From positions 1,348,473-1,412,472 of the forward strand of contig OZ271840.1 in assembly GCA_965601735.1 (NCBI GenBank): a DNA stretch of 64,000 bases. The letters run 5' to 3'. Source of the DNA: Alphaproteobacteria bacterium (lineage in GTDB: Bacteria; Pseudomonadota; Alphaproteobacteria; JBBDQX01). The notes under the pieces are model-generated. The model made no database searches, was not told the origin of the DNA, and saw only the letters and a list, made by a program, of their open reading frames with translations. A program made the translations under genes and the position numbers. Positions 1-9,595 of this stretch are shown piece by piece; position 1 is the first letter of the stretch, and the number at the start of each line of letters is the position of its first letter.

Positions 1-1
1 G

Positions 2-394
2 GGTACGCCGGAGCGCCGCGGTCTGGTGCTGGGGCTTGATCGGGGCGGGGCGTGCCGCGGCATGGCGATCCGGGTCCGTGCCGGCGACGAACCGGCGGTG
101 CTGGCCTATCTCGACGAGCGCGAGCAGGTCACCATGGTCTACCGCCGCCGCCAGCTGCCAATCCGGCTCGATGACGGGCGCCGGGTGCCGGCTTGGACCT
201 ATGTCGCCGATCCCCGCCACGAGCAGTACGCCGCTGGCCTTGATCCCGCACATATGGCGGCGATCATCCGCGACGCTTCGGGCCGGTCGGGCCCCAACCG
301 GGAATATCTTGCGAGTACCCTGGAGCATCTGGCCGAGAGCGGGGTGCGCGACCACGGCCTGGAACGGCTGCTCAAGCTGGTCGACGGCGCCTAG
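2..394 (+). CDS. ChaC-like gamma-glutamylcyclotransferase, C-terminal part (gene starts upstream of window)
   Basis: The frame is open from nt 2. Translation ...GLVLGLDRGGACRGMAIRV...PRHEQYAAGL...ASGRSGPNREYLASTLEHLAESGVRD matches the ChaC family pattern (LGLDRGGSC, PRHPxY, ASG..G.N.EYL). High GC3. Confidence 0.6.
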   Translation, partial: GTPERRGLVLGLDRGGACRGMAIRVRAGDEPAVLAYLDEREQVTMVYRRRQLPIRLDDGRRVPAWTYVADPRHEQYAAGLDPAHMAAIIRDASGRSGPNREYLASTLEHLAESGVRDHGLERLLKLVDGA

Positions 395-1104
395 TCCGCT
401 GGCAGGGCGGCGCAGCCAGCCTCGATCCGCGTCTGCAGCTCGCTCAGGAACACGCGCTTCTCCAGGCCCGCCGGCATCGGCGGCAGGATGCGCACGGTGA
501 TGGTGCCCGGTTTCTTGCGGAAGCTGCGGCGCGGCCAGAATCGCCCGGAGTCGAGCGCCACAGGAACCACCGTCGCCGATACCCCGTCGTAGAGCGCCGC
601 GATACCGGGCCGCAGCGGGCGGCTGGCACCCGGCGGCGTGCGGGTGCCTTCGGGGAATACCACCACGTTCCGGCCGTCGGCGATGGCACGCGCCGCACCG
701 CGCACCATCTGGCGCAGTGCGCCGCCCGCCGCCGACCGGTCGATGCCGATCATGCCGACCCGCGCCAGATACCAGCCGAACAGCGGCAGCCACAGCAGCT
801 CGCGCTTCAGGATGAAGACCGGCCGGTCGAACAGCACCCAAAGCGCAATGGTTTCCCATGCCGACTGATGCTTGGCGGCGATAATGCAGGGGCCCTCGGG
901 CAGGTGCTCACGGCCCTCCACCCGGTAGTCCAGGCCCACGCACACCCGTAGAAGGGTGAGCACGCCATGCGCCCAGAACAGCGCGCTGCGCTGGGCCAGC
1001 CGCCCCGCCGCCCTGCCCGGCAGCGCCAGTAGCGGCAGGGTCGCCAGTCCCCATAGGGCGACCCAGCCATAGAACGCGGCATTGAACAGCAGGGCGCGGG
1101 CCAT
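391..1104 (-). CDS. plsC: 1-acyl-sn-glycerol-3-phosphate acyltransferase
   Basis: Acyltransferase motifs AAKHQSAWETI (HX4D-type block) and VVFPEGTR. ATG at 1104 checked (MARALLFNAAFYGW). The longer track ORF to 1365 is an N-terminal over-extension. The stop overlaps the ChaC stop in a palindromic CTAG. Confidence 0.8.
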   Translation of the reverse strand: MARALLFNAAFYGWVALWGLATLPLLALPGRAAGRLAQRSALFWAHGVLTLLRVCVGLDYRVEGREHLPEGPCIIAAKHQSAWETIALWVLFDRPVFILKRELLWLPLFGWYLARVGMIGIDRSAAGGALRQMVRGAARAIADGRNVVVFPEGTRTPPGASRPLRPGIAALYDGVSATVVPVALDSGRFWPRRSFRKKPGTITVRILPPMPAGLEKRVFLSELQTRIEAGCAALPAD

Positions 1105-1112
1105 GGCGCCGG

Positions 1113-1748
1113 TCAGGCCGTGCCGCCTGCGGGCGCGAACAGCGCCGCCAACCAGGCGAGCAGGAACTTGGAATACTCGGTGACGATCAGCGACGCGGTG
1201 CCCGGCCAGCGCCACCACTGATGCAGCTTGACCCGCTCGGGGATCACCGGATGAGGGATAATCTCGATTTCCGGCATCGCGGTCTGAAACTCCAGCAGGC
1301 TGCGCTGCATGTGGTAGTTGGCGGTTACCAGACGCAGGCTGCGGAAGGCGTTCTCGCGCATCCACTCGGCCGTCTCACGGGCATTGCCGTGGGTGCTGTC
1401 GGCGCTGTAGCCCAGCGCGATGCAGCACTCGACCTCCTCGGGGCTCTGCTTGGAGACGCGCAGCAGCTCCGCCACGTCAACGCCACGGTATACGCCGGAG
1501 ACCAGCAGCTTGCGGGCCTGTTTGCGGGCCAACAGGTCGAGGCCAACCTCCATGCGGCCGCTGCCGCCGGTCAACACGACGATGGCGTCGGTCTGGCGCG
1601 GGGTGACGTCGGCACTGCGGGGAATCGCCTCGGCGAACAGCCACAGCCCGCCGGCCCACGCGGCAACCACCGCGGCGAGCCCGATCAGCAGGAGCGCAAC
1701 GCGCCAGCGCGGCGGACGCGGGCGCTGGAAGAAGCGGCGGGCCGACAT
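1113..1748 (-). CDS. YdcF/DUF218 (SanA/ElyC-like) family protein
   Basis: N-terminal TM anchor followed by a DUF218-like core (VVLTGGSGRMEVGLDLL...ANYHMQRS). ATG at 1748 verified. Confidence 0.65.
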   Translation of the reverse strand: MSARRFFQRPRPPRWRVALLLIGLAAVVAAWAGGLWLFAEAIPRSADVTPRQTDAIVVLTGGSGRMEVGLDLLARKQARKLLVSGVYRGVDVAELLRVSKQSPEEVECCIALGYSADSTHGNARETAEWMRENAFRSLRLVTANYHMQRSLLEFQTAMPEIEIIPHPVIPERVKLHQWWRWPGTASLIVTEYSKFLLAWLAALFAPAGGTA

Positions 1749-1754
1749 CGGTGC

Positions 1755-2312
1755 CTAGGATAGCCGTCCGGACAGCAGCGAATCCACTGCCGCCGCCAGA
1801 TCGTCATGCACGGCCACCGGCGCCACGGCGTCGGGCAGGCCTGCGGCCTCGGTCGCTGCGCCCTTGCCGGTGCGCACCAGGATACGCGGGCAGCCGGCGG
1901 CTACCGCCGCTTCCAGGTCGCGCAGCGCATCGCCGATCATCGGCGATGCGGCCGGCGCAGCGGCGAACTGCGCCAGCGCCTCCTCCAGCATGCCGGGGCC
2001 AGGTTTGCGCCGGCGGGTCGGCCGGTCGAATGGGTCGGGGCAATGCAGCAAGGCATCCAGCCGCGCGCCTTCGGCGGCGAGGCCGGCGGTCAGCTTGGCG
2101 TGGATACGCGCCAGCATCGCCTCGTCCATGATGCCGCGGCCGATGACCGACTGGTTGGTGACGACGCAGACCTTCGCACCGGCCGCATTCAGCCGCGCCA
2201 CCGCCTGCGCCGCACCAGGCAGCAGTATCAATTGGTCCGGGGACGTGACCGAATCGGGGCGGTCCTGGTTCAGCACCCCGTCGCGGTCGAGCAGCACCAG
2301 CGGCGGGATCAC
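1755..2312 (-). CDS. gmhB: HAD-IIIA phosphatase, D,D-heptose 1,7-bisphosphate phosphatase-like
   Basis: LLDRDGVLN (DxDGT/V motif), VVTNQS and GD motifs of HAD-IIIA. GTG start at 2312 overlaps the ftsX stop (GTGA). Confidence 0.7.
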   Translation of the reverse strand: MIPPLVLLDRDGVLNQDRPDSVTSPDQLILLPGAAQAVARLNAAGAKVCVVTNQSVIGRGIMDEAMLARIHAKLTAGLAAEGARLDALLHCPDPFDRPTRRRKPGPGMLEEALAQFAAAPAASPMIGDALRDLEAAVAAGCPRILVRTGKGAATEAAGLPDAVAPVAVHDDLAAAVDSLLSGRLS

Positions 2313-3184
2313 GGCAGCCGCGCCAGCGTGCGCATCACCGTCAGCCAGGCGGTGACGCGGGCGATCAGCGCCCCGGCCAGCGGCAGCAGCAGGAGCAGCG
2401 ACCAGTCGAGCGGCCTGAGCGTAACCAGCGGCAGGGTGCGGTCGTCGAGTTGGGCCGCGAACAGGCCCACGGCCAGCAGCGCGGCCACCGCCAGCAGCAG
2501 GCCCCCCGCGCCGCCGATCAGCGCGGCCCGGCCGGCCTCGCCGGCGAACTGCCGGGCAATGAAACTGTCGCGCGCGCCCATCAGGTGCAGCAGTTCGATG
2601 ATGCCGCGATGTACTGCCACACCGGTGCGCGCCGTGTAGGCGATAATGGCGACGCTCGCCAGGCCCACCAGCAGCGCCACCAGCGCGGCGGTGGCCTGTA
2701 CTGTGCGGCCCAGGCGCACCAGCCGCGCCAGCCAGCCGCCATGGTCGTCCACCGTGATGCCCGGAGCCACGGCGGCCAGCCGCCGCTGCAGGCGTGGCCG
2801 GTCAAGCCGCCGCCGGTCGCTGACCTCCACGTCGATCAGGGCGGGCAGGGGCAGGGTGCGTACCACCTCGTCGTCGCCCAGCCAGGGCGCAAGCAGCGCT
2901 GCCATGCGGTCTTCGGAGACGGCAGCGGCCGACGCGATGCCCGGTGTGTCGCGCAGCACCGTGAGCGCCTCCCCGACAAGCGCCTCCCGCCCGCCATTTG
3001 CTGACGCCGGGATCTGCACCGTCAAGGTGGAGGACAGGCTGCGGTCCCAGCGCGCGATGGTCTCCGACAGGGCCAGGGTACCGGCCAGCGCCAGCGCGGC
3101 CACGAACACCATCACCGCCATCAGCCACGGCAGGAAGCGCGCCGCCGGGTCGCGCGACAGGGGAAGCGGCCCGCGCCTAGCCAT
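2309..3184 (-). CDS. ftsX: cell division ABC transporter permease FtsX
   Basis: FtsX topology: N-terminal TM, periplasmic domain and three C-terminal TM helices. Sits directly downstream of ftsE. ATG at 3184; the track start at 3190 is TTG. Confidence 0.8.
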   Translation of the reverse strand: MARRGPLPLSRDPAARFLPWLMAVMVFVAALALAGTLALSETIARWDRSLSSTLTVQIPASANGGREALVGEALTVLRDTPGIASAAAVSEDRMAALLAPWLGDDEVVRTLPLPALIDVEVSDRRRLDRPRLQRRLAAVAPGITVDDHGGWLARLVRLGRTVQATAALVALLVGLASVAIIAYTARTGVAVHRGIIELLHLMGARDSFIARQFAGEAGRAALIGGAGGLLLAVAALLAVGLFAAQLDDRTLPLVTLRPLDWSLLLLLPLAGALIARVTAWLTVMRTLARLP

Positions 3185-3836
3185 CGCCAAGCAGCCTGCC
3201 GCCGGCGATCCGAAGCGACGGATGCGCGAACTGGGATACCAGGGCGTCGTTATGGGTCGCCACCACCACGGTGGTGCCAGCCTTGTTCATCTCCTCGAAC
3301 AGGTAGAGCAGCCGCGCCGCCACGGAATCATCGACATTACCGGTCGGTTCGTCGGCCAGCAGGATCGACGGCCGCCCAACCACCGCGCGGGCAATGGCGA
3401 CGCGCTGCTGCTCCCCGCCCGACAGGGTGCTGGGCAGGGCGTCGAGCCGGTCGCCAAGCCCGACCCAGCCGAGCAGTTCGGTCGCGTGGCGGCGGACCCG
3501 TTCCTCATCCTCGCCGGTAATGCGCAGTGGCAGGGCAACATTGTCGAAGGCCGACAGATGCGGCACCAGGCGGAAGTCCTGGAACACGATGCCAATCCGT
3601 CGGCGCACCCGGTAGAGCTCGCTGCGCGGCAGGGCGGAAACCTCATGGCCGGCAATATGCAGCAGCCCGCGCGAGGGGCGCTCAGCCAGGTAAAGCAGCT
3701 TCAGCAGGGAGGATTTTCCCGCGCCGCTGGCTCCCACCAGGAAATGGAACGAGCCCGGGGGCAAGGCGAACGACACGTCTTGCAGCACCTCCGGCCCCAG
3801 ACCGTAGCGCATGCCGACGTTCTCGAATCGAACCAC
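3177..3836 (-). CDS. ftsE: cell division ATP-binding protein FtsE
   Basis: Walker A GASGAGKSS, signature LSGGEQQR, Walker B ILLADEP. The likely GTG start at 3836 is preceded by GGAGGAG. The track ORF to 3905 adds an unconserved N-terminal extension. Confidence 0.85.
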   Translation of the reverse strand: MVRFENVGMRYGLGPEVLQDVSFALPPGSFHFLVGASGAGKSSLLKLLYLAERPSRGLLHIAGHEVSALPRSELYRVRRRIGIVFQDFRLVPHLSAFDNVALPLRITGEDEERVRRHATELLGWVGLGDRLDALPSTLSGGEQQRVAIARAVVGRPSILLADEPTGNVDDSVAARLLYLFEEMNKAGTTVVVATHNDALVSQFAHPSLRIAGGRLLGDG

Positions 3837-3946
3837 GCCGCTCCTCCGCAGGCCAGGGGGCACCCCCAACGGCGACCGGGGTGCGCTTGTTTTGGTATCA
3901 GGCAACGCCTATAAAGGTCTGAATCTTAACACGGTCTTGCGGCTGC

Positions 3947-5524
3947 ATGCACATCACCTGCCCGGCTTGTTCCGCGACCTACGAGGTGACCGCGGCTACT
4001 TTGGGCCCGCAGGGTCGCCGGGTTCGGTGCTCCAATTGTGGCACCGTATGGCACGCCTTGCCGGAAGCCGAACAGCCGCGCGCGCCCGCTGCGGCAGCCG
4101 CTGCTGCGCCGGCTGCTGCCGCCGCCCCGCCGCCGCCCCGCCCTGCTGACGATGACGACGACCTGCCGCCGGGCCTCGGCGTGCCGATCCGCGACTCGGC
4201 GGAGCCCGACGCGGCGCCGGCCGCCCCGGCGCCCGACGATGCACCGCCGCCGCCGCCCGCGCCCGAGGAGTTCTCGGAGGCTGGCCCCGGCCCGCCGCCG
4301 CCGCCGGAAGAGGACGACGACGACGAATACGAGGACGACGACGAGGACGACGTTCCCGAGAACATCGACCCGGACGCCGTCAGCGACGACCCCCCGCCGG
4401 GCGAGGCGCCCAAGGACTGGGACGCAGGCGGTGGCCTCGACGACGACGACATCCCCTCGATGATCGGCGAGGAGCCAGAGCCGATCCCCGATGCGTTCCG
4501 CAGCGAGTCGCCTGAAGCCGCGGGCAAGGGCGGGATGATCGGCTTCGCCGTGCTCGCCCTGGTGCTGCTGTCGGTGATCGGCGGCGGCATCTTCGCGCGC
4601 GAGCAAATCGTCAGCATCTGGCCGCCAGCGGCGAAGATCTACAACATGCTGAGCCTGTCGGTACGCTCGATCGCCGCAGGCCTGGAACTGCGCAACATCA
4701 ATTCCCAGCGCCAGGTCGGCGAGACCGGCGAAATCCTGATCGTGCGCGGCATCATCTTCAACGTCTCCGGCGAAGAGACCGAGGTGCCGAACCTGCGTCT
4801 GGTGCTGTTCGATCAGGACGACCAGCCGGTGCAGGCATTGGTCTTCGCGCCGCGCCGCCCGACGATGCTGCCGGCAGAGAACATGAACTTCCGCGTCGAG
4901 CTGGCCGATCCGAGCGAGCAGGCCGCACGCCTTGAGGTCATCTTCACCGAGGATCCGGTTGGCGAACAGAACATGATGCAGGAGGCGCCGGGCGAGGCGC
5001 CGGCCGATGCGCCTGCCGAGGCACCGGCCGAGCAGCAGTCCGAGGCGCAGCCGGCCGCCGAACAGCCCGCCGAGGCGCCCGCGCCGTCGGCAGAAGAGAA
5101 GATGGCCGCGGCGATGGAGGCAGCCCAGGACAAGACCCCGCCAGGCAAGCTGTCGGGTCTGACCGAGAACGCCTTTCCGCGGTTTGCCGGTGTGTGGGGT
5201 GTGGATTGCACCAACCCAGCGGTACAGCTGACTGCCACCGAAGTCTCGGTACTGGTCGACGGCGCGCCGTCGAAGCTGGTCCAGCCGCGGCCCATCAGCG
5301 CGGCGATGACCAATGGCGAGTTCGTGCTGTTTGAATTCAGCGCCGGCGGCTACATCAAGTACCGCATCGTTTCCGGCGACCGGCTGCAGTCCGTCGAGGT
5401 CGGCCTGCCGAGCGGTGAGCGCGTGATGCACGCCAACCCGGCGATGACGCGCTGCGGCGACGCCGAAAAGCCGTCACCAAGCGGTGAGCGCCAGTCGAGT
5501 GCCGCACTCATGGACCGGGGCTGA
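3947..5524 (+). CDS. MJ0042-family zinc-ribbon / DUF3426 domain protein with acidic Pro-rich low-complexity linker
   Basis: N-terminal CPxC...CxxC zinc ribbon (MHITCPACSATYEV...RCSNCGTVW). Then a long D/E/P/A low-complexity region, one TM helix and a DUF3426-like beta-rich domain. Conserved next to ftsEX in alphaproteobacteria. Confidence 0.75.
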   Translation: MHITCPACSATYEVTAATLGPQGRRVRCSNCGTVWHALPEAEQPRAPAAAAAAAPAAAAAPPPPRPADDDDDLPPGLGVPIRDSAEPDAAPAAPAPDDAPPPPPAPEEFSEAGPGPPPPPEEDDDDEYEDDDEDDVPENIDPDAVSDDPPPGEAPKDWDAGGGLDDDDIPSMIGEEPEPIPDAFRSESPEAAGKGGMIGFAVLALVLLSVIGGGIFAREQIVSIWPPAAKIYNMLSLSVRSIAAGLELRNINSQRQVGETGEILIVRGIIFNVSGEETEVPNLRLVLFDQDDQPVQALVFAPRRPTMLPAENMNFRVELADPSEQAARLEVIFTEDPVGEQNMMQEAPGEAPADAPAEAPAEQQSEAQPAAEQPAEAPAPSAEEKMAAAMEAAQDKTPPGKLSGLTENAFPRFAGVWGVDCTNPAVQLTATEVSVLVDGAPSKLVQPRPISAAMTNGEFVLFEFSAGGYIKYRIVSGDRLQSVEVGLPSGERVMHANPAMTRCGDAEKPSPSGERQSSAALMDRG

Positions 5525-5533
5525 CCCCCCGGG

Positions 5534-8185
5534 CTAGAAGCGCTCCAGCAGCCTATCGATGTAGTCGAGCTCGTCCGTCGGGCGTTCCTGTTCGCCGGAA
5601 CGACGCCGCAGCTCTTCGAGGATGTCACGGGCGCGCTGAAGCTCCATCTCCTCCGGCACCTTCACGTCGCGGCCGTCCAGTGAACCGTAGATGCCCGACC
5701 CGCGGCCACGGCCCAGCGGATCGCGGAACTGGCCGGCAAGGCCTTCCTCGTCGACATCCTCGCCGGTGCCCATGCCCATACCCATCATGCCGAACTGCTG
5801 CGCCATCTGCTGCATGGCGGACTGGGCGCCTTCCTGAAGCTTCTCCAGTGCCTCGGTCTCCGGCGCCATGGCGTTGCCGGGCTGGTTGCTCGCCAGCGCC
5901 TCGGCGGCGCGGCGCATCGCCTGCTCCGCCTGCCCCATGGTCTGGGGCACCTCGCCCAGAAACTCGCCCAGCTGCGTCATCATCTCACCCAGCGCCTGGC
6001 GCAGGGCGCGCTGGATCGCCTCGAGCGCGCGCGCCTGGGCATCGCTCGGCTGGTCTGAGGGTTGGCCCGCCTGTTGCTGCTGGCGGCCGGGTTGACCCTG
6101 CTGCGGCTGGCCTTGCTGCGGCTGGCCTTGCTGCTGGCCAAACTGCTGCTGACCAAAGGGACGCTGATCGAGCGGCAGCCGCTCCAGCGACCGCGGCGAA
6201 GACTGCTGGCCCTGCTCGGCGGCCCGGCGCTGGTCCTGGTCGAGCTTGAAGGTGCGGTCGAGCAGGTCGGTCTGACGCTGAATCAGGTCGCCAATGCCCT
6301 TCATGATTTGCTGGCCGCGCTGCATCTGCTGGGCCTGCTGGCTCGGCATCCGTCCGGCCTGCATGTTCTGGAGCATCCGCTCCAGGCTCTCCAGCATCTG
6401 CTTGGCGGTTTCCATCTGCCCCGCCTCGGCCATCTTGCGGATCTGTTCGAGCATCCGCTGCAGGTCGAGCCGCGCCATGTCGTTCGGGTCGAACTGGGGC
6501 AGCTCGTTGTCACCATCCGGGTTGGTGTTCTGCATGTTCTCGGCAAGCGCCTGCATGTAGCGCTCCAGCGCCTCTTCGAGCCGCTTGATCGCTTCCTGGA
6601 TTTCCTCCGGGGTCGCGCCTTCTTCAAGCGCACGGGCAAGCTCCTCGCGGGCCTGCTCCAGGTCGCGTTCGGCCACCGACAGGTCGCCTTCCTCAAGCCG
6701 CAGGGCCACTTCCCACAGCGAATCCTGCACCTCGGTGATCGCGGCTGCGTCGTTGGGCGCCTGGTCGAGCCGCTGGCGTGCCGTGCGTAGTGACAGATAC
6801 ACCCCGGCGTCGTCGTCGAAGCGCTCCGGGGCGCCGGCAATGGCGTCGATGGCATCCACCGTGATTGCCGTGTCGTCGGGCACCAGCACCAGCAGGCGGC
6901 GCGCCTTGATGACGTCGATCGCCACCGGATGGGTGAACGGCCGCTCAGGCAGCTTCATGGTGATGGTCTCACTGGCGCCGGTCTGGCCGGCGGCGTCTTC
7001 GGCGCGCACGGTCAGCCGCGCCTCAAGACCCGCCCAGGGATGCGGGGTGAGGTCGCGGAACAGGGTGTCCTCGGCGCTGCGCGGCTCCTGACGCGGCGTC
7101 TGCAGGTCAATCACCAATGGCTCCGCATCGTCGCGCATTACCAGTTCGACATGCAGGGACAACGCCTCAATGCCGTAGTCGTCGCTGGCCGCGTAATCGA
7201 CCTGCAGGTGATGGCGCTGGGTCGCTTCTGGCGGGTTGGCGAAGACCGCCTCGGGCGGTTCGTCAGGCAGGACGCGCATCGCCCACGCGCCCAGGTTTTC
7301 GCCATCCTGGGCGATGGCCAGACGGTCACCCGAATCCAGGTCCCGTTCGATCCGGTAGTTCTCCGGCCCGATCCGTTCAAACGGAGTCGCGGCAGCGTCG
7401 ATCACCAGGTCTGGCAGGTCGCTGCCGCCGTTCACATGGGCGGTCAGGCGGCTGCCGGCGGGCAGCGCCAGGTCGTCGCCCTCGGCCGCTGGGTCTAGGA
7501 ACAGCGGCGCGATGCGGGTGTAGGCGGGCGGTGTGATCCAGACATCAAGTGTCGGCGCCGACGCGCTGGCGATCTGGAACTGCGGCACCATTGCGCGGAC
7601 CAGCCTGTCGGGCGTATTGGTCCCCGCGACGCCCAGGCCGACGACCAGCATGAGCACCACGACCGCGCGCACGGCCCACGGGTCGCGGTCTGCGACACCG
7701 GGGCTCGGCCAGCCGATGCGCAGGCTTGCGGCCAGGGCCGCCATACGCCGGCGGTGGGCCTGCCAGACCGCTTCCGCAGCGGCATCGCCGCGGCCGCCCG
7801 CCAGGTCGTCCTCAAGCGTGAACAGGGGACGGTGAGACAGGCCGCTGGCTGTTTCCAGGCGCCGTTGCCCCGCCGCGCGCGACGGCGTCCGAATGCTCCG
7901 CCCACCCTGCCAGGCGAGGTAGCCGAAGCCACCGAGGAAGCCAAGCAGCACCAGCAGATGCAGCCAGCCGGGCAGCGCCGGCAGGATGTCGAACAGGGCA
8001 ATGGCGGTGAAGGCGCCGAGGACGCAAGCAGCTGGCCACAGGCTGCGCCAGATACGCTCCCAGAGCAGGGCGACCCGGGCCAGCGCGAGACGCGGTGCGA
8101 GGCCGGGAATGCGCGGCGCGCCGCGGCCGCTGCGGACTACGCCGCTAGCCGGAGCCGCCTTGCGGGGCTGATTGGGGTCCGCCAT
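5534..8185 (-). CDS. TIGR02302 / DUF4175 family protein (alphaproteobacterial low-complexity membrane protein)
   Basis: 883 aa with N-terminal TM helices and a Gln/Gly-rich low-complexity region (QQFGQQQGQPQQGQPQQGQ). ATG at 8185 with AGGAGGA SD. Overlaps the lysA 3' end by 41 nt. Confidence 0.75.
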   Translation of the reverse strand: MADPNQPRKAAPASGVVRSGRGAPRIPGLAPRLALARVALLWERIWRSLWPAACVLGAFTAIALFDILPALPGWLHLLVLLGFLGGFGYLAWQGGRSIRTPSRAAGQRRLETASGLSHRPLFTLEDDLAGGRGDAAAEAVWQAHRRRMAALAASLRIGWPSPGVADRDPWAVRAVVVLMLVVGLGVAGTNTPDRLVRAMVPQFQIASASAPTLDVWITPPAYTRIAPLFLDPAAEGDDLALPAGSRLTAHVNGGSDLPDLVIDAAATPFERIGPENYRIERDLDSGDRLAIAQDGENLGAWAMRVLPDEPPEAVFANPPEATQRHHLQVDYAASDDYGIEALSLHVELVMRDDAEPLVIDLQTPRQEPRSAEDTLFRDLTPHPWAGLEARLTVRAEDAAGQTGASETITMKLPERPFTHPVAIDVIKARRLLVLVPDDTAITVDAIDAIAGAPERFDDDAGVYLSLRTARQRLDQAPNDAAAITEVQDSLWEVALRLEEGDLSVAERDLEQAREELARALEEGATPEEIQEAIKRLEEALERYMQALAENMQNTNPDGDNELPQFDPNDMARLDLQRMLEQIRKMAEAGQMETAKQMLESLERMLQNMQAGRMPSQQAQQMQRGQQIMKGIGDLIQRQTDLLDRTFKLDQDQRRAAEQGQQSSPRSLERLPLDQRPFGQQQFGQQQGQPQQGQPQQGQPGRQQQQAGQPSDQPSDAQARALEAIQRALRQALGEMMTQLGEFLGEVPQTMGQAEQAMRRAAEALASNQPGNAMAPETEALEKLQEGAQSAMQQMAQQFGMMGMGMGTGEDVDEEGLAGQFRDPLGRGRGSGIYGSLDGRDVKVPEEMELQRARDILEELRRRSGEQERPTDELDYIDRLLERF

Positions 8186-9467
8186 CGCCGTCCTCCTGCG
8201 CCGCCGGGCCGAGCCACTCGGGCATCCGGTCCCGGGCCATCAAATCTGCGTGGTCCTGGCGCGCCCGGATCGTCTCGAACCGGTCATCGCGCGCCAGCAC
8301 CTCCGGCACCAAGGGCCGCGCGTTGTAGCTCGAGGCCATCACCGCGCAGTAGGCACCTGTTGAACAGATGGCCAGCATCTGGCCGGGTTCAACGGGCGGC
8401 ATCGGCCTTTCGCGGGCGAATGTATCGCCGGTCTCGCAGACCGGGCCGACAATATCGACCGGCCGGGACTCCGCTCCCGGCGCCGCTTGCGCCACCGGGA
8501 TGATGTCATGCCATGCCCCGTAGAGGGAAGGCCGGATCAGGTCGTTCATCGCCGCATCCACGATGACGAAGCGCCGATCGCCGCTCTCCTTCACATAGAG
8601 CACACGGGTCAGCAGCACCCCGGCGTTGCCGACCAGATAGCGGCCCGGCTCGAACACCAGCTCGCAACCGAGGCTGCCCACCGTTTCACGAACCACGCGG
8701 GCGTATTCCGCCACGTCTGGCGGCGTCTCGTCGCGGTAGCGAATGCCCAGGCCGCCGCCAAGGTCCAGATCGCGGATATCGAGGCCATCGGCGCGAAGCC
8801 GCCCCACCAGGTCGGCGAGCTTGGTGAAGGCGGCGCGGTAGGGATCCAGCCCGGTCAACTGCGAGCCGATATGCATCGCCGCACCCGCCACATCCAGCGA
8901 CGTCAGGCTGGCCGCCTCGGCGAAGGCGGCGGGGGCGTCGTCGATCGCGATCCCGAACTTGTCGGCGGCGCGGCCGGTGCTGATCTTGTCGTGGGTGGCT
9001 GCGTCGATATCCGGATTGATGCGCAGGACCACCCGGGGCCGGGCACCGAGTCCGTCCGCCAGGGCCGCCAGAGCCCGCAGCTCCGGCAGGGACTCAACGT
9101 TGATGGAGCGGATGCCGTGCTCGATCGCCAGGTGAAGCTCGGCTTCGGTCTTGCCGACGCCGGACAGCACGATGCGCTCGGGCGGCACGCCGGCCGCCAG
9201 CGCGCGGCGCAGCTCGCCTTCGGAGACCACGTCCGCACCCGCACCGAGGCCGGCGAGCAGCCGAATGATGGCGAGGTTGTCGTTCGCTTTCACCGCGTAG
9301 CAGACCGACGCGGGCAGCCCGTCCAGCGCCGTGGTCAGGCTGGTATACGCATCGGCTATCGCGGTGGCCGAATAGACATAGGCGGGCGTGCCGACGGCCG
9401 CGGCGATCGCGTCCAGCGGCACGGCGTCGGCGTGTAGGGCGCCATTCCGGTAGGTGAAGGCAGACAT
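8145..9467 (-). CDS. lysA: diaminopimelate decarboxylase
   Basis: PLP fold-III decarboxylase motifs (YAVKAN, GGGLGI, EPGR, CETGD). ATG at 9467 verified (MSAFTYRNG). Confidence 0.9.
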   Translation of the reverse strand: MSAFTYRNGALHADAVPLDAIAAAVGTPAYVYSATAIADAYTSLTTALDGLPASVCYAVKANDNLAIIRLLAGLGAGADVVSEGELRRALAAGVPPERIVLSGVGKTEAELHLAIEHGIRSINVESLPELRALAALADGLGARPRVVLRINPDIDAATHDKISTGRAADKFGIAIDDAPAAFAEAASLTSLDVAGAAMHIGSQLTGLDPYRAAFTKLADLVGRLRADGLDIRDLDLGGGLGIRYRDETPPDVAEYARVVRETVGSLGCELVFEPGRYLVGNAGVLLTRVLYVKESGDRRFVIVDAAMNDLIRPSLYGAWHDIIPVAQAAPGAESRPVDIVGPVCETGDTFARERPMPPVEPGQMLAICSTGAYCAVMASSYNARPLVPEVLARDDRFETIRARQDHADLMARDRMPEWLGPAAQEDGDGGPQSAPQGGSG

Positions 9468-9595
9468 CAGAATTGCGGATAGGTGCGCGGATAGGTCACG
9501 CGCTCGCCTTCCGGCGGCTCCGGCGCGCCCTTCTTGCCGCAGGCCGCCAGCGCCACCAGCACCAGCGCCATCACCAGGGCGCGGCGCGCGCTCAC
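9467..9595 (-). CDS. small lipoprotein (LptM/YifL-like) between argH and lysA
   Basis: [28 protein letters not shown]... carries a lipobox (LAAC). GTG at 9595 overlaps the argH stop (GTGA). An alternative ATG lies at 9571. The stop overlaps the lysA ATG (TGATG). Confidence 0.5.
   Translation of the reverse strand: MSARRALVMALVLVALAACGKKGAPEPPEGERVTYPRTYPQF

Noticed and set aside
3926-5431. 501-aa minus-strand ORF antisense to the MJ0042 zinc-ribbon gene
   Set aside because: It is a shadow ORF in a high-GC genome. Its product is dominated by Arg/Gly/Leu low-complexity. The sense-strand gene has conserved domains and a synteny context next to ftsEX.
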